NCBI GenBank assembly: GCA_041649575.1
Contig: JBAZMW010000005.1
Coordinates: 1 to 32,000, forward strand
Origin: Patescibacteria group bacterium
Lineage (GTDB): Bacteria; Patescibacteriota; Patescibacteriia; 2-01-FULL-39-33
DNA: 32,000 nt
Direction of reading: 5' to 3'
The notes below the pieces were generated by a model. That model was not told where the DNA came from and ran no database searches. It saw only the letters and a program-made list of their open reading frames with translations. The stretch's first letter is position 1. Every line of letters begins with the position of its first letter. Positions 9,635-18,047 of the stretch are shown piece by piece. The translations under genes and the position numbers were made by a program.

Positions 9635-9701
9635 AGACTTGAAAATAATCGGTTGGAGTAGTAAAATAATCATAATTAAATTTTTTAAAATAAGAATTTT
9701 T

Positions 9702-10934
9702 ATGAAAAAGGTGATTTTTGTGATTTGCGACGGTTTGCCGGACCGGCCGATTAAAGAACTCGGCTATAAAACTCCGCTGGAGGCGGCCAGTACGCCTAAT
9801 TTGGATAAGATCGCGGTTGATGGAATCTCCGGTATGATGCATACGGTGGATATTGGTGTGCGGCCAGGTTCTGACACGGCTCATTTGTCGATTTTCGGCT
9901 ATGATCCGTATGTTTATTATGCCGGACGCGGGCCATACGAGTGTGCTGGAGCGGGCTTGGAAGTATTAAGAGGCGACGTGGCTTTTCGGGCCAATGCCGG
10001 TACTTTGGATGAAAGCGGAATTTTAATTGACCGGCGAGCGGGACGGATTGAATCGACTCGTCCGCTCATAGAGGCTCTGGGAGAAGTAGAAATCGACGGC
10101 ATTAAAGTTATCATTAAAAAAAGTCTGGGGCACCGTATCGGACTACTAATGCGCGGGCCGGGTTTAAATCCTAAAGTTTCCGACCAAGATCCGCATAAAA
10201 CCGGAGTAGAATTACATCAGGTTAAGCCGCTTGATGATTCTCCGGAAGCCAAGTTTACCGCTCAGGTTTTGAACAAGTTCAGTGATCTGGCCAGAGAAAA
10301 ATTAAAATCAGCGGAATTTAACAAAGAAAGAATAGCTCAAGGGAAGCTGCCGGCCAATGTAGTATTGTTTCGTGGCGCCGGCTCGATTCCCGAAAGCATG
10401 TTGAGTTTTAAGGATAAATATAATTTGGACGCGGCTTTTGTGGCTGGCGGCCCGCTGTATAAAGGCATCGCTAAAATTTTGGGCATGGAAATAATCGAGT
10501 TTAATGAAAGCGAAGGAGTGACCGGGCTGCCCAACTCCAATTTGGAAAATAAAATTAATAAGGCGATCGAGGTGGCCAAAGATTTTGATTTTGTATTTGT
10601 GCATATTAAGGCGGCCGACAGTCTGGCGGAAGACGGCAATTATCAGGGCAAGCTGGAGTTTATAGAAAAAATTGACCAGGCCATGCTGCCGTTGGCCGAG
10701 AGCAATGATTTTTTAGTGGTGGTGACAGCAGATCATACCACTTCCTCGGCGCTTAAAATGCACACAGCCGATCCGGTGCCGCTGACCATAAAAGGCGAGG
10801 GGGTGCGTACCGATGATATTAACGGTTTTAATGAACGGGAATGCGCCAAGGGACGGCTGGGGGTTATTCGCGGCGAAAATTTGATGCCGATAATTATCGA
10901 TTTGATGGGGCTGGCGGAATTGTTCGGCGCTTAA
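9702..10934 (+). CDS. apgM: Cofactor-independent phosphoglycerate mutase, archaeal type
   Basis: About 410 aa starting MKKVIFVICDGLPDRP. Contains GSDTAHLS and ADHTT motifs of the alkaline-phosphatase-superfamily ApgM type. ATG at 9702 is preferred over the upstream TTG at 9627, which lies in the terminator. Confidence 0.85.
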   Translation: MKKVIFVICDGLPDRPIKELGYKTPLEAASTPNLDKIAVDGISGMMHTVDIGVRPGSDTAHLSIFGYDPYVYYAGRGPYECAGAGLEVLRGDVAFRANAGTLDESGILIDRRAGRIESTRPLIEALGEVEIDGIKVIIKKSLGHRIGLLMRGPGLNPKVSDQDPHKTGVELHQVKPLDDSPEAKFTAQVLNKFSDLAREKLKSAEFNKERIAQGKLPANVVLFRGAGSIPESMLSFKDKYNLDAAFVAGGPLYKGIAKILGMEIIEFNESEGVTGLPNSNLENKINKAIEVAKDFDFVFVHIKAADSLAEDGNYQGKLEFIEKIDQAMLPLAESNDFLVVVTADHTTSSALKMHTADPVPLTIKGEGVRTDDINGFNERECAKGRLGVIRGENLMPIIIDLMGLAELFGA

Positions 10935-10938
10935 AAAT

Positions 10939-10968
10939 TTGCTTTTCGATGATTTTTTGGTTTAAAAT
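10939..10968 (+). promoter_or_regulatory. Sigma70-like promoter upstream of hppA
   Basis: TTGCTT-N18-TAAAAT, about 40 nt upstream of the ATG. Confidence 0.4.
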
Positions 10969-11007
10969 ACATAGCGAATAATTTTTTAAAAAATAATAAA
11001 AAAAATT

Positions 11008-12981
11008 ATGTTATTGGCACTGATGGCTGGAGTGGTGGCGATTCTGGGTTTGGCGGCAGCCGGTTTTCTGGCCTATGCTCTAGCCAAGCAAAAAGTTGAA
11101 GACAAACGAGCGGAAGTCATCGCTGCTTATATTAAAGAGGGCGCGCTGGTTTTTTTATTCAAGGAATACCGGATCTTGGCGGTGTTGGTGGCGGTGGTAG
11201 CCATAATTATTGCGGCCCTACCCGGCTTGTCATGGAAGACGGCTGTGGCTTTTATTTTTGGAGCTGTTTTGTCGATGGCGGCCGGGTTTATAGGGATGAG
11301 GGTGGCCACTTTGGCTAACGTGCGGACTGCCGAAAAATTTCGTCAGGGTTTGGCTCAGGGATTAAAGACGGCTTTTACTTCTGGTTCGGTAATGGGGTTA
11401 TCAGTGGTTTCGCTTGGTCTTTTGGGCGTGACGGTTTTGTATTTAGTTTTTAGGGATCCAAATGTAATTTACGGTTTTGGTTTCGGCGCTTCTGCGGTGG
11501 CCTTGTTTGCCAGGGTTGGCGGCGGAATTTATACCAAAGCGGCTGACGTGGGCGCGGATTTGGCTGGCAAGCTAGAGCAGGGCATGCCGGAAGACGATCT
11601 AAGAAATCCGGCGGTGATTGCCAATGCTGTCGGCGACAACGTGGGAGACGTGGCTGGCCTGGGTGCTGATTTATTTGAAAGTTATGTGGATTCAATTATT
11701 GCCGCTATAGCTTTGGGAGCGATTTTTTGGCCGTTATTTGGAACCAAGGCAGTGGTTTTGCCGCTGCTGTTGGCGGCGGCAGGTTTGCTGGCTTCGGTTC
11801 TGGGAAACTTGGCGGTTTTTTTTATCAAAAGCAGTGCGAGCCGCATTCTGAATTTCGGCGTTTGGTTGTCGGCTTTAGCCATGCTGATTTTGTCTTTTTT
11901 AGCCATCAAACTGACTATTAATGACTTGGGCGTTTTTTGGGCTTTGCTAGTCGGACTATTGGCAGGAGTTGCTATCGGACTGGCTGCCGAATATTACACT
12001 TCCGACAGGAGAAGGCCGGCGAGAAATGTCGCTTTGGCTTCGCAGACAGGAACAGCCACCAATATTATTGCCGGCCTGGCCTCGGGGCTGATGAGCACCA
12101 TTGTTCCGGTGCTGGCCGTGGTGGTGGCAATTTATTTTGCCAACAGCTTTGCCGGACTCTATGGCGTGGCTATTTCGGCAGTGGGCATGCTCTCGACGCT
12201 GGGAATCGTTTTGGCCAATAATGCTCATGGTCCGGTAATTGACAATGCGGCTGCTATTGTTCGCTTGGCCGAAATGGGCGCCGAAACGCGAGAGCGAACA
12301 GAAGAGCTCGATGCTGTCGGCAATACCACGGCCGCGATCGGCAAAGGATTCGCCATTGGCAGTGCCGCTTTGACTACCGTGGTGCTTTTGGTTGCTTTTG
12401 GCCAAGCCGTTAACCTGACAGTGATTAATTTATTGGAAACCAAAACCCTGATCGGGCTGCTTATCGGCGGAGTTTTACCTTTCGCTTTTTGCGCTTTGGC
12501 CATGCGGGCTGTCTCTCGGGCGGCCGGGAAAATGGTTGAAGAGGTCAGGCGTCAATTTAGTGAGACGGCGGGCATCATGAGCGGCGAGACAGAGCCGGAT
12601 TATAAAAAATGCATTAATATTTCTACTGGCGCGGCTTTGAGACGGATGATCGCTCCAGGGCTTTTGGCGCTAGTGGCGCCGGTGGTGGTGGGCAAATATT
12701 TGGGGGTCGAAAGTTTGGCCGGACTGTTGGCGGGAGCGACGGTGACCGCATTTATGTTGGCGGTATTTATGGCTAGTAGCGGCGGCGTTTGGGATAACGC
12801 CAAGAAGTTTATTGAGGCCGGCAATCTCGGAGGCAAGGGCAGTGAGGCGCATAAAGCGGCAGTGATTGGCGATACTGTCGGCGACCCGCTCAAGGACACG
12901 GCCGGCCCGGCTCTTAATATTCTGATAAAATTGATGGCGATAATTTCTATTGTGATCGCGCCGTTGTTGATGATGAGATAA
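11008..12981 (+). CDS. hppA: Membrane-bound proton/sodium-translocating pyrophosphatase
   Basis: 657 aa and highly hydrophobic, with the [18 protein letters not shown] and DNVGDVAG signature motifs. Confidence 0.95.
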   Translation: MLLALMAGVVAILGLAAAGFLAYALAKQKVEDKRAEVIAAYIKEGALVFLFKEYRILAVLVAVVAIIIAALPGLSWKTAVAFIFGAVLSMAAGFIGMRVATLANVRTAEKFRQGLAQGLKTAFTSGSVMGLSVVSLGLLGVTVLYLVFRDPNVIYGFGFGASAVALFARVGGGIYTKAADVGADLAGKLEQGMPEDDLRNPAVIANAVGDNVGDVAGLGADLFESYVDSIIAAIALGAIFWPLFGTKAVVLPLLLAAAGLLASVLGNLAVFFIKSSASRILNFGVWLSALAMLILSFLAIKLTINDLGVFWALLVGLLAGVAIGLAAEYYTSDRRRPARNVALASQTGTATNIIAGLASGLMSTIVPVLAVVVAIYFANSFAGLYGVAISAVGMLSTLGIVLANNAHGPVIDNAAAIVRLAEMGAETRERTEELDAVGNTTAAIGKGFAIGSAALTTVVLLVAFGQAVNLTVINLLETKTLIGLLIGGVLPFAFCALAMRAVSRAAGKMVEEVRRQFSETAGIMSGETEPDYKKCINISTGAALRRMIAPGLLALVAPVVVGKYLGVESLAGLLAGATVTAFMLAVFMASSGGVWDNAKKFIEAGNLGGKGSEAHKAAVIGDTVGDPLKDTAGPALNILIKLMAIISIVIAPLLMMR

Positions 12982-12995
12982 TTTTAATATTTTTA

Positions 12996-13030
12996 AAAAC
13001 CACCCGGTCAATCTTGGCTGGGTGGTTTTG
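12996..13030 (+). terminator. Rho-independent terminator after hppA
   Basis: AACCACCC...GGGTGGTT stem followed by a T-run. Confidence 0.75.
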
Positions 13031-13090
13031 ACTTAATGCTATTTTTTTGTTAAGATGATCGGGTTGTTTTAACAGCTAATAATTTATCAA

Positions 13091-14380
13091 ATGAAGACAG
13101 AAATAAAAAAATTACCCAAAGCGCAGTTGGAGCTTTTGGTCGAGGTGCCGGCAGACGAAGTGAGGCCTTATTTGGAAAAAGCGGCAATTAAACTTTCACA
13201 AAGTATAAAAATCGACGGTTGGCGGCCGGGCAAAGCGCCTTATAAAATAGTCAAAAATAAAGTGGGTGAGATGGAAATCCTAAAGGAAGCAGTTGATGAG
13301 ATTATTTCCCAAACCTATTTCAAAATTTTACAAGAAAAAGAGATTGTCACTATTGGCCAGCCGAGCATCGAGCTTGAAAAGTTAGCGCCAAACAACCCCG
13401 TGAGCTATAAGGCGACGGTAGCGGTTTTGCCAAAACTCAAACTGGGGGAATACAAAAATATCAAATTAAGCAGAACACCGGTCAAAGTCGACGACAAGAA
13501 AGTGGAACAGGTGGTGGAAGACATTCGCAAAATGAGAGCCAAGGAGAAGCTGGTGGAGCGGGCGGCCGGCACTGGCGACCGGCTCTTGACCGACTTTGAT
13601 GTCTTTTTGGACAAGGTGCCGATAGAAAATGGCAGCCAAAAAAAATATCCGGTCACCATCGGCGAGCAGCGTTTCATTCCTGGATTTGAAGAACAACTCG
13701 TCGGCCTGAAGGCGGGGGAACAAAAAGAATTTGAGCTGAAATTCCCCAACGAGTATTATCAAAAGAATCTAGCCGGCAAGACTTGTGTTTTTAAGGTGAA
13801 AGTCAACGCGGTCTATGAGGTGGAATTGCCGCCGGTTGACGATGAGTTCGCCAAAACTATTTCTGGTGGCCAGTTTGCCACCGCGCTAGAAATGAAAGGC
13901 AGTATTAAAAAAAATCTGGAGCAAGAAGAAAAAAATAAGCAAGAACAGCGTCTGGAGACGGAACTGCTGGAAAAGATTGTTAATATTTCCGAATTTGAAG
14001 AAATTCCCGATGTTTTAATCGACAATGAGATTCACAAAATGAAGCATGAACTGGAGGACAGTTTGGCCCAGCAAGGATTTGCTTTTGCCGATTATTTAAA
14101 AAGCATTAACAAGTCGATTGAGGATTTGGAAAAAGAGTTTCGGCCAGCGGCCGAGCAGAGAGTCAAAACGGCCATCATTTGCCGCGAGATTTACGCCGAA
14201 CAAAAAATGGCAGTGCGTCCCGATGAGGTGGAGCAGGAGATCGAGAGCCTTTTGAAAAATTATCCCAACAATCCCGAAGCCCAAAAACAATCAACCAGCG
14301 AAACCTACAAAGATTATCTGAAAAATGTTTTGGGCAACAGAAAAGTAATCGATTATTTAAAAAGCATAATTGTAAAATAA
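13091..14380 (+). CDS. tig: Trigger factor
   Basis: 429 aa with a ribosome-binding N-terminal domain, a central FKBP-like segment (GFEEQLVGLKAGE) and a helical C-terminal domain. Confidence 0.9.
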   Translation: MKTEIKKLPKAQLELLVEVPADEVRPYLEKAAIKLSQSIKIDGWRPGKAPYKIVKNKVGEMEILKEAVDEIISQTYFKILQEKEIVTIGQPSIELEKLAPNNPVSYKATVAVLPKLKLGEYKNIKLSRTPVKVDDKKVEQVVEDIRKMRAKEKLVERAAGTGDRLLTDFDVFLDKVPIENGSQKKYPVTIGEQRFIPGFEEQLVGLKAGEQKEFELKFPNEYYQKNLAGKTCVFKVKVNAVYEVELPPVDDEFAKTISGGQFATALEMKGSIKKNLEQEEKNKQEQRLETELLEKIVNISEFEEIPDVLIDNEIHKMKHELEDSLAQQGFAFADYLKSINKSIEDLEKEFRPAAEQRVKTAIICREIYAEQKMAVRPDEVEQEIESLLKNYPNNPEAQKQSTSETYKDYLKNVLGNRKVIDYLKSIIVK

Positions 14381-14392
14381 AAGAAATCAACA

Positions 14393-14415
14393 AGCGGCTC
14401 CAGCAGCCGTTTTTT
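14393..14415 (+). terminator. Rho-independent terminator after tig
   Basis: AGCGGCT/AGCCGTT stem with loop CCAGC, followed by TTTTT. Confidence 0.65.
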
Positions 14416-14468
14416 GGTTGATTTATTAAGTTAAACCAAGTAAACTAAAGGTATTAATCCGTAAAATT

Positions 14469-15452
14469 ATGAAGATTTTAGTAGTGGGCGGGGCCGGCTA
14501 TATTGGCAGTCATGTCGCCAAAGAATTCAAATTGGCCGGATATCAGGTGGCCGTTTTTGATAATTTAACGACCGGTTCCAGAGACAATCTGGTAGCGGGA
14601 ATCGATTTTATTTTGGGCGATGTCACTAATTATCAGCAGATCAGGCAGGCCTTGGTCGGCTGTGACGCGGTGATTTATCTGGCGGCCCTCAAGGCGGCCG
14701 GTGAATCGATGAAGTTTCCGGAGAAATACTCTTTCAATAATATTTACGGCGCCATTAATTTATTAAACGCCATGGCCGAAGTCGGTGTTGGCAGAATTGT
14801 TTTTTCTTCGTCGGCCGCGGTTTATGGCCAGCCCCAGTATTTACCGCTGGACGAGAATCATCCCACCGAACCGATTAATTTTTACGGCTTTACCAAGCTG
14901 GAAATCGAAAGGATTTTGAAATGGTACGATCAGTTAAAGGGAATAAAATTCGCGGCTCTAAGATATTTTAACGCGGTTGGCTACGACGTGGCCCAAGAGC
15001 TGGCCGGTTTGGAAAAAAATCCTCAAAATCTTTTGCCGATTGTTTTCGAGGCGGTTTTCGGCCAGCGGGAACAGGTGGAGATTTTCGGCGACGACTACGA
15101 CACGCCGGACGGCACCTGCATCCGCGACTACATTCATGTCAGCGACTTGGCCTCGGCGCATTTGTCGGCGCTAAATTATTTAGCCGACAAGCAAGAGAGT
15201 TTGACTGTTAATTTAGGCACGGCCAAAGGCATCAGCGTCAAGGAAATGATTGAAGCCGTCAAAAAAATTTCCGGCATTGATTTTAAAGTTATAATCAGCG
15301 GCCGCCGGCCAGGTGATCCGCCCCGGCTGTTGGCCGATTCAGGATTGGCCTTAAAACTGCTTCGTTGGCAAGCCAGACATAGCGACCTGGAGACCATAAT
15401 CAAAACCACTTTAGCGGCTTATCAAAAAAAATATGGCCAGTCAAAAAACTAA
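14469..15452 (+). CDS. galE: UDP-glucose 4-epimerase
   Basis: 327 aa with GGAGYIGSH, the YGFTK (YxxxK) catalytic motif and IRDYIHV. Confidence 0.9.
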   Translation: MKILVVGGAGYIGSHVAKEFKLAGYQVAVFDNLTTGSRDNLVAGIDFILGDVTNYQQIRQALVGCDAVIYLAALKAAGESMKFPEKYSFNNIYGAINLLNAMAEVGVGRIVFSSSAAVYGQPQYLPLDENHPTEPINFYGFTKLEIERILKWYDQLKGIKFAALRYFNAVGYDVAQELAGLEKNPQNLLPIVFEAVFGQREQVEIFGDDYDTPDGTCIRDYIHVSDLASAHLSALNYLADKQESLTVNLGTAKGISVKEMIEAVKKISGIDFKVIISGRRPGDPPRLLADSGLALKLLRWQARHSDLETIIKTTLAAYQKKYGQSKN

Positions 15453-16311
15453 AATCGGACTACACGTCTCGGCCGCTAGCGATTTGTCGCTGGCGCCGCT
15501 GCGCGCCAAAGAAGTTGGAGCGGAGTGCTTCCAATTTTTTTCGCGGCCGCCGCAAGGCGGACCAGCCCGACCGCTGTCGGAGCGAGTCATTAGAGAGTTT
15601 AAAAAAAATTGCCAGAAACACAATTTAGAAGGTTATATTCACGCGCCTTATTACATCAACCTGGCCTCGGCCAAAAATAATGTTTATTACGGGTCGATCA
15701 GTGTGATTCGCGATGAATTGGAGCGGGGCGCCAAGCTGGGCGTTAAATACCTGATGATACACCTGGGTAGCGCCAAGGATTTGGGAGAAGCGGCGGGAAT
15801 AAAAAAGGTGATCGAAGGGCTTGATAAAATTTTGGCCGGCTATAAAGGCAAAACACAATTTCTGATTGAAATGTCGGCCGGCGCCGGAGCGATTATCGGC
15901 GACACTTTCGAGGAAATAGCCAAAATAGTCAATTCGTCAAAGTTAAAAAAATATCGGATCGGAATTTGTTATGACACCTGTCACGGCTTTGCTTCCGGCT
16001 ACGATGTTAGGGACGAAAAAGTCGTCAAAAGCACTTTCAGAGAATTTGATCGTCTGCTGGGGTTGAAGCGCCTGAAACTGATTCACGCCAACGATTCTTT
16101 CGGAGAATTGGGTTCACATCTGGACAGGCACGCCCATCTTGGCCAAGGAAAAATCGGCTTGAAAGGATTTAAGGCAATCGTCGCTTTTGCCAAAAAACAA
16201 AAAATAAATTTGATTTTGGAGACGCCGTATGACGATAGTTTGGCAGAGGATTTAAAAATTTTAAAGAGTTTAATAAAACAGCCCCCAACGACGATTCGCC
16301 AGGAGCATTAG
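15433..16311 (+). CDS. nfo: Deoxyribonuclease IV (endonuclease IV)
   Basis: 292 aa with HAPYYINLAS, IHLGS, a CYDTCH-type motif and LETP, as in the AP endonuclease 2 family. Overlaps the galE 3' end by 20 nt. Confidence 0.9.
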   Translation: MASQKTKIGLHVSAASDLSLAPLRAKEVGAECFQFFSRPPQGGPARPLSERVIREFKKNCQKHNLEGYIHAPYYINLASAKNNVYYGSISVIRDELERGAKLGVKYLMIHLGSAKDLGEAAGIKKVIEGLDKILAGYKGKTQFLIEMSAGAGAIIGDTFEEIAKIVNSSKLKKYRIGICYDTCHGFASGYDVRDEKVVKSTFREFDRLLGLKRLKLIHANDSFGELGSHLDRHAHLGQGKIGLKGFKAIVAFAKKQKINLILETPYDDSLAEDLKILKSLIKQPPTTIRQEH

Positions 16312-16343
16312 CGGAGAGCCGTGACTTTTGTTGTGCCACTTAT

Positions 16344-16613
16344 CTATTCGTCGCCCAGAATTACTTCGGGCATTTCGAACGAGGAACAGGCCGAAGAGAG
16401 CAGCCAAAAGTCTTGGCTATCAGTCGATAAATGTACTGGAAAAACGTGGCTATCGGTGCAGCTAACCGGGAGACCCCAATTCTTCAGAATGACAATCTGC
16501 GTTCCGTCTGGCAAGGGGTCTTTAAGGCTAACAGAACGGCCGATGACTAAGGGATTGATAAGCTGGCTTTTCGGCCAGAAACGCCAGGTGGCTTCAATAC
16601 CGTAGGTATCCAT
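16344..16613 (-). CDS. Hypothetical 89-aa protein (weak resemblance to RlpA/DPBB-type barrels)
   Basis: This is the only minus-strand ORF within a long plus-strand block. AGGAGGGG lies 7 nt upstream of its ATG. The sequence looks more protein-like than the overlapping plus-strand ORF. The DPBB resemblance (GIEATW..., LPDGTQIVI, VHLSTD) is tentative. Confidence 0.45.
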   Translation of the reverse strand: MDTYGIEATWRFWPKSQLINPLVIGRSVSLKDPLPDGTQIVILKNWGLPVSCTDSHVFPVHLSTDSQDFWLLSSACSSFEMPEVILGDE

Positions 16614-16674
16614 AGATAGCCCCTCCTGATTATTTTAGGCAGTTTAACTCAATAACAAATTTTTATCAACCTTT

Positions 16675-17175
16675 ATGAAAGTGGCTATTATTTCCGACTC
16701 CCATGACAATGTTCCCAATATAGAAAAATTCATGTCTTGGGCCAGAAAAAACAAGATTAAGCAAATCATTCATTGTGGCGATGTGAGCGCGCCCTCAATG
16801 ATCAGCTTAGTTTTCATGAAAAATTATTCCGGCCAACTGGATTTGGTCTATGGTAATGTCGGTGATTGGGAAGTGCTAAAAAAAGTTTGCTCGCGGTATA
16901 AGAATGTTAAATTTCATGGCAATATCGGAAAATTAACTGCCGATGGGCAGAAGATCGCTTTTTGTCATTTTCCGGAAGAAGCTAGAAAGTTGGCCGAGAG
17001 CGGCAAATACGGGCTAGTTTTCTACGGCCACACACATAAGCCCTGGATAGAGAAAATTGGCAACTGTCAGATGGTTAATCCGGGCACCCTGGGCGGCGTG
17101 TTTCAAAAAGCCTGTTTTGCGGTTTATGAAACCAAGACCGGCAGTTTGGAATTGAAAATCTTAGAAAGAATTTAG
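16675..17175 (+). CDS. YfcE/MJ0936-family metallophosphoesterase
   Basis: 166 aa with the ISDSHDN, CGDV and GHTH motifs. Confidence 0.85.
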   Translation: MKVAIISDSHDNVPNIEKFMSWARKNKIKQIIHCGDVSAPSMISLVFMKNYSGQLDLVYGNVGDWEVLKKVCSRYKNVKFHGNIGKLTADGQKIAFCHFPEEARKLAESGKYGLVFYGHTHKPWIEKIGNCQMVNPGTLGGVFQKACFAVYETKTGSLELKILERI

Positions 17176-17181
17176 GAAATT

Positions 17182-17403
17182 ATGCGTATTATCATAGTAG
17201 AGGTAAAACCAAATTCAGCAAAGATTAAAATTGAACAAATCTCCGAACAGGTTTATAAAGTCCAGCTAACCGCTCAACCGATAGCAGGCCGGGCCAATAA
17301 ACAACTAATTGAAGTTTTGGCCGATTACCTTGGCGTGGCCAAAAGCCAGCTGAAGGTCAAGTCGGGCAGAACCAGCAGGACTAAAGTAATAATCATTAAA
17401 TGA
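17182..17403 (+). CDS. DUF167 (YggU-like) protein
   Basis: 73 aa with AQPIAGRANKQLIEVLADYLGV...SGRTSRTK, typical of DUF167. Confidence 0.75.
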   Translation: MRIIIVEVKPNSAKIKIEQISEQVYKVQLTAQPIAGRANKQLIEVLADYLGVAKSQLKVKSGRTSRTKVIIIK

Positions 17404-17531
17404 CAGTTTTGTGTTAAAATTTATGTTTTTTGTCTTGGGGGGATAAATTGTGAAAAAAATAAGTTTGCCAAGTTGGGTTTTTTTGGCTATAATGCTGTTG
17501 CTATAACTGAAGGCAGAAAATTAAAAATTAT

Positions 17532-17556
17532 ATTCCGCTAAATTTAGCGGAATTTT
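17532..17556 (+). terminator. Terminator-like hairpin downstream of the yfcE-DUF167 genes
   Basis: Perfect 10-bp arms ATTCCGCTAA/TTAGCGGAAT followed by TTT(T). Confidence 0.55.
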
Positions 17557-17578
17557 GGACTGTTTAAGGTAATTACCC

Positions 17579-17607
17579 TTGACAAAAAAACTTAGTTGTG
17601 ATAAGAT
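17579..17607 (+). promoter_or_regulatory. Near-consensus sigma70 promoter with an extended -10
   Basis: TTGACA-N17-TAAGAT with a TG dinucleotide at the extended -10 position. No credible ORF lies downstream. Confidence 0.6.
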
Positions 17608-17645
17608 AAGACGTTGGTCCTAAGAAATAGTATCCACAGTTCTGC

Positions 17646-17664
17646 AGGCACGACAAGCATGGGA
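17646..17664 (+). repeat. 19-nt direct repeat, copy 1 (AGGCACGACAAGCATGGGA)
   Basis: Identical to 17861-17879. Both copies are followed by T-rich tracts. Confidence 0.9.
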
Positions 17665-17860
17665 GTTATTTTTTTAAGGATTATTTTGGTCCGTCAAAAG
17701 ACTCGAATTTTACCTTGGAATAATTTCTTGTCTGCAGTATCGTGAATAGTATTTGGCAACCTGTAGGCCACAAATTTGTCACCTTCCATTCAAATTTTGA
17801 GAAAATTTTTTTCTCCAAATCCTCGTTAATTCGAGGTAGCTTGGGTGGGCCTAGATGGCT

Positions 17861-17879
17861 AGGCACGACAAGCATGGGA
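17861..17879 (+). repeat. 19-nt direct repeat, copy 2 (AGGCACGACAAGCATGGGA)
   Basis: Identical to 17646-17664. Overlaps the 3' end of the left arm of the 25-bp helix. Confidence 0.9.
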
Positions 17880-17992
17880 ATTTTTATAAGCTTTTTTCGG
17901 GCTTTTAGCTTGAGAATTGCTTACCTAAAATTTTCTTGCCTGGCCATCTGGACCCATCCAAGTATTAGGCCTACAGATTATTGGATATTAAA

Positions 17993-18035
17993 TTAACCCC
18001 CCACCTTTTGAAAAAGGTGGGGGGTTAATTTTTAC
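17993..18035. terminator. Bidirectional terminator hairpin
   Basis: TTAACCCCCCACC-TTTTGAAAAA-GGTGGGGGGTTAA, with T-rich sequence on the plus strand (TTAATTTTT). Sits immediately 3' of the minus-strand VanW gene. Confidence 0.85.
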
Positions 18036-18047
18036 TAGAGATAAATT

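Larger units (their letters stand above)
17613..18030 (+). ncRNA. Candidate structured non-coding RNA (~420 nt, family unknown)
   Basis: Bounded by the 17579 promoter and the 17993-18035 terminator. Contains nested helices 17761-17769/17968-17976 (9 bp, perfect) and 17840-17864/17938-17962 (25 positions: 21 Watson-Crick, 3 G-U, 1 mismatch). Also contains a 19-nt direct repeat and the local hairpin 17821-17836. Only low-quality overlapping ORFs are present. Confidence 0.35.

Noticed and set aside
11127-13011. Numerous antisense or out-of-frame ORFs inside hppA (for example 11450-11695, 11956-12405, 12225-12503, 12670-13011).
   Set aside because: These are shadow ORFs typical of a GC-richer, strongly coding region. 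The hppA frame has unmistakable family motifs.
15433-15452. 20-nt overlap between galE and nfo.
   Set aside because: This is an ordinary operon overlap in a compact genome and is not treated as a finding.
16321-16605. Plus-strand 94-aa GTG-initiated ORF.
   Set aside because: It is a mirror ORF of the more protein-like minus-strand ORF 16344-16613. Its sequence is Ser/Arg-rich and unprotein-like.
17851-17885. Local resemblance of CCTAGATGG...CACGACAAGCATGGGAATTTTTA to the conserved 3' region of bacterial RNase P RNA (…CCUAGAUGA…CACGACAGAACCCGGCUUA).
   Set aside because: No GGAAAGUCC-type P4 partner strand occurs in the region. The motif occurs twice in the same orientation, and the overall helices do not fit the RNase P architecture.
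17681-17996. ORF-track ORFs 17681-17875 (-) and 17742-17996 (+) in the intergenic region.
   Set aside because: They overlap each other and have low-complexity, atypical composition and no family resemblance. They also span the inverted repeats. The region is better explained as non-coding.
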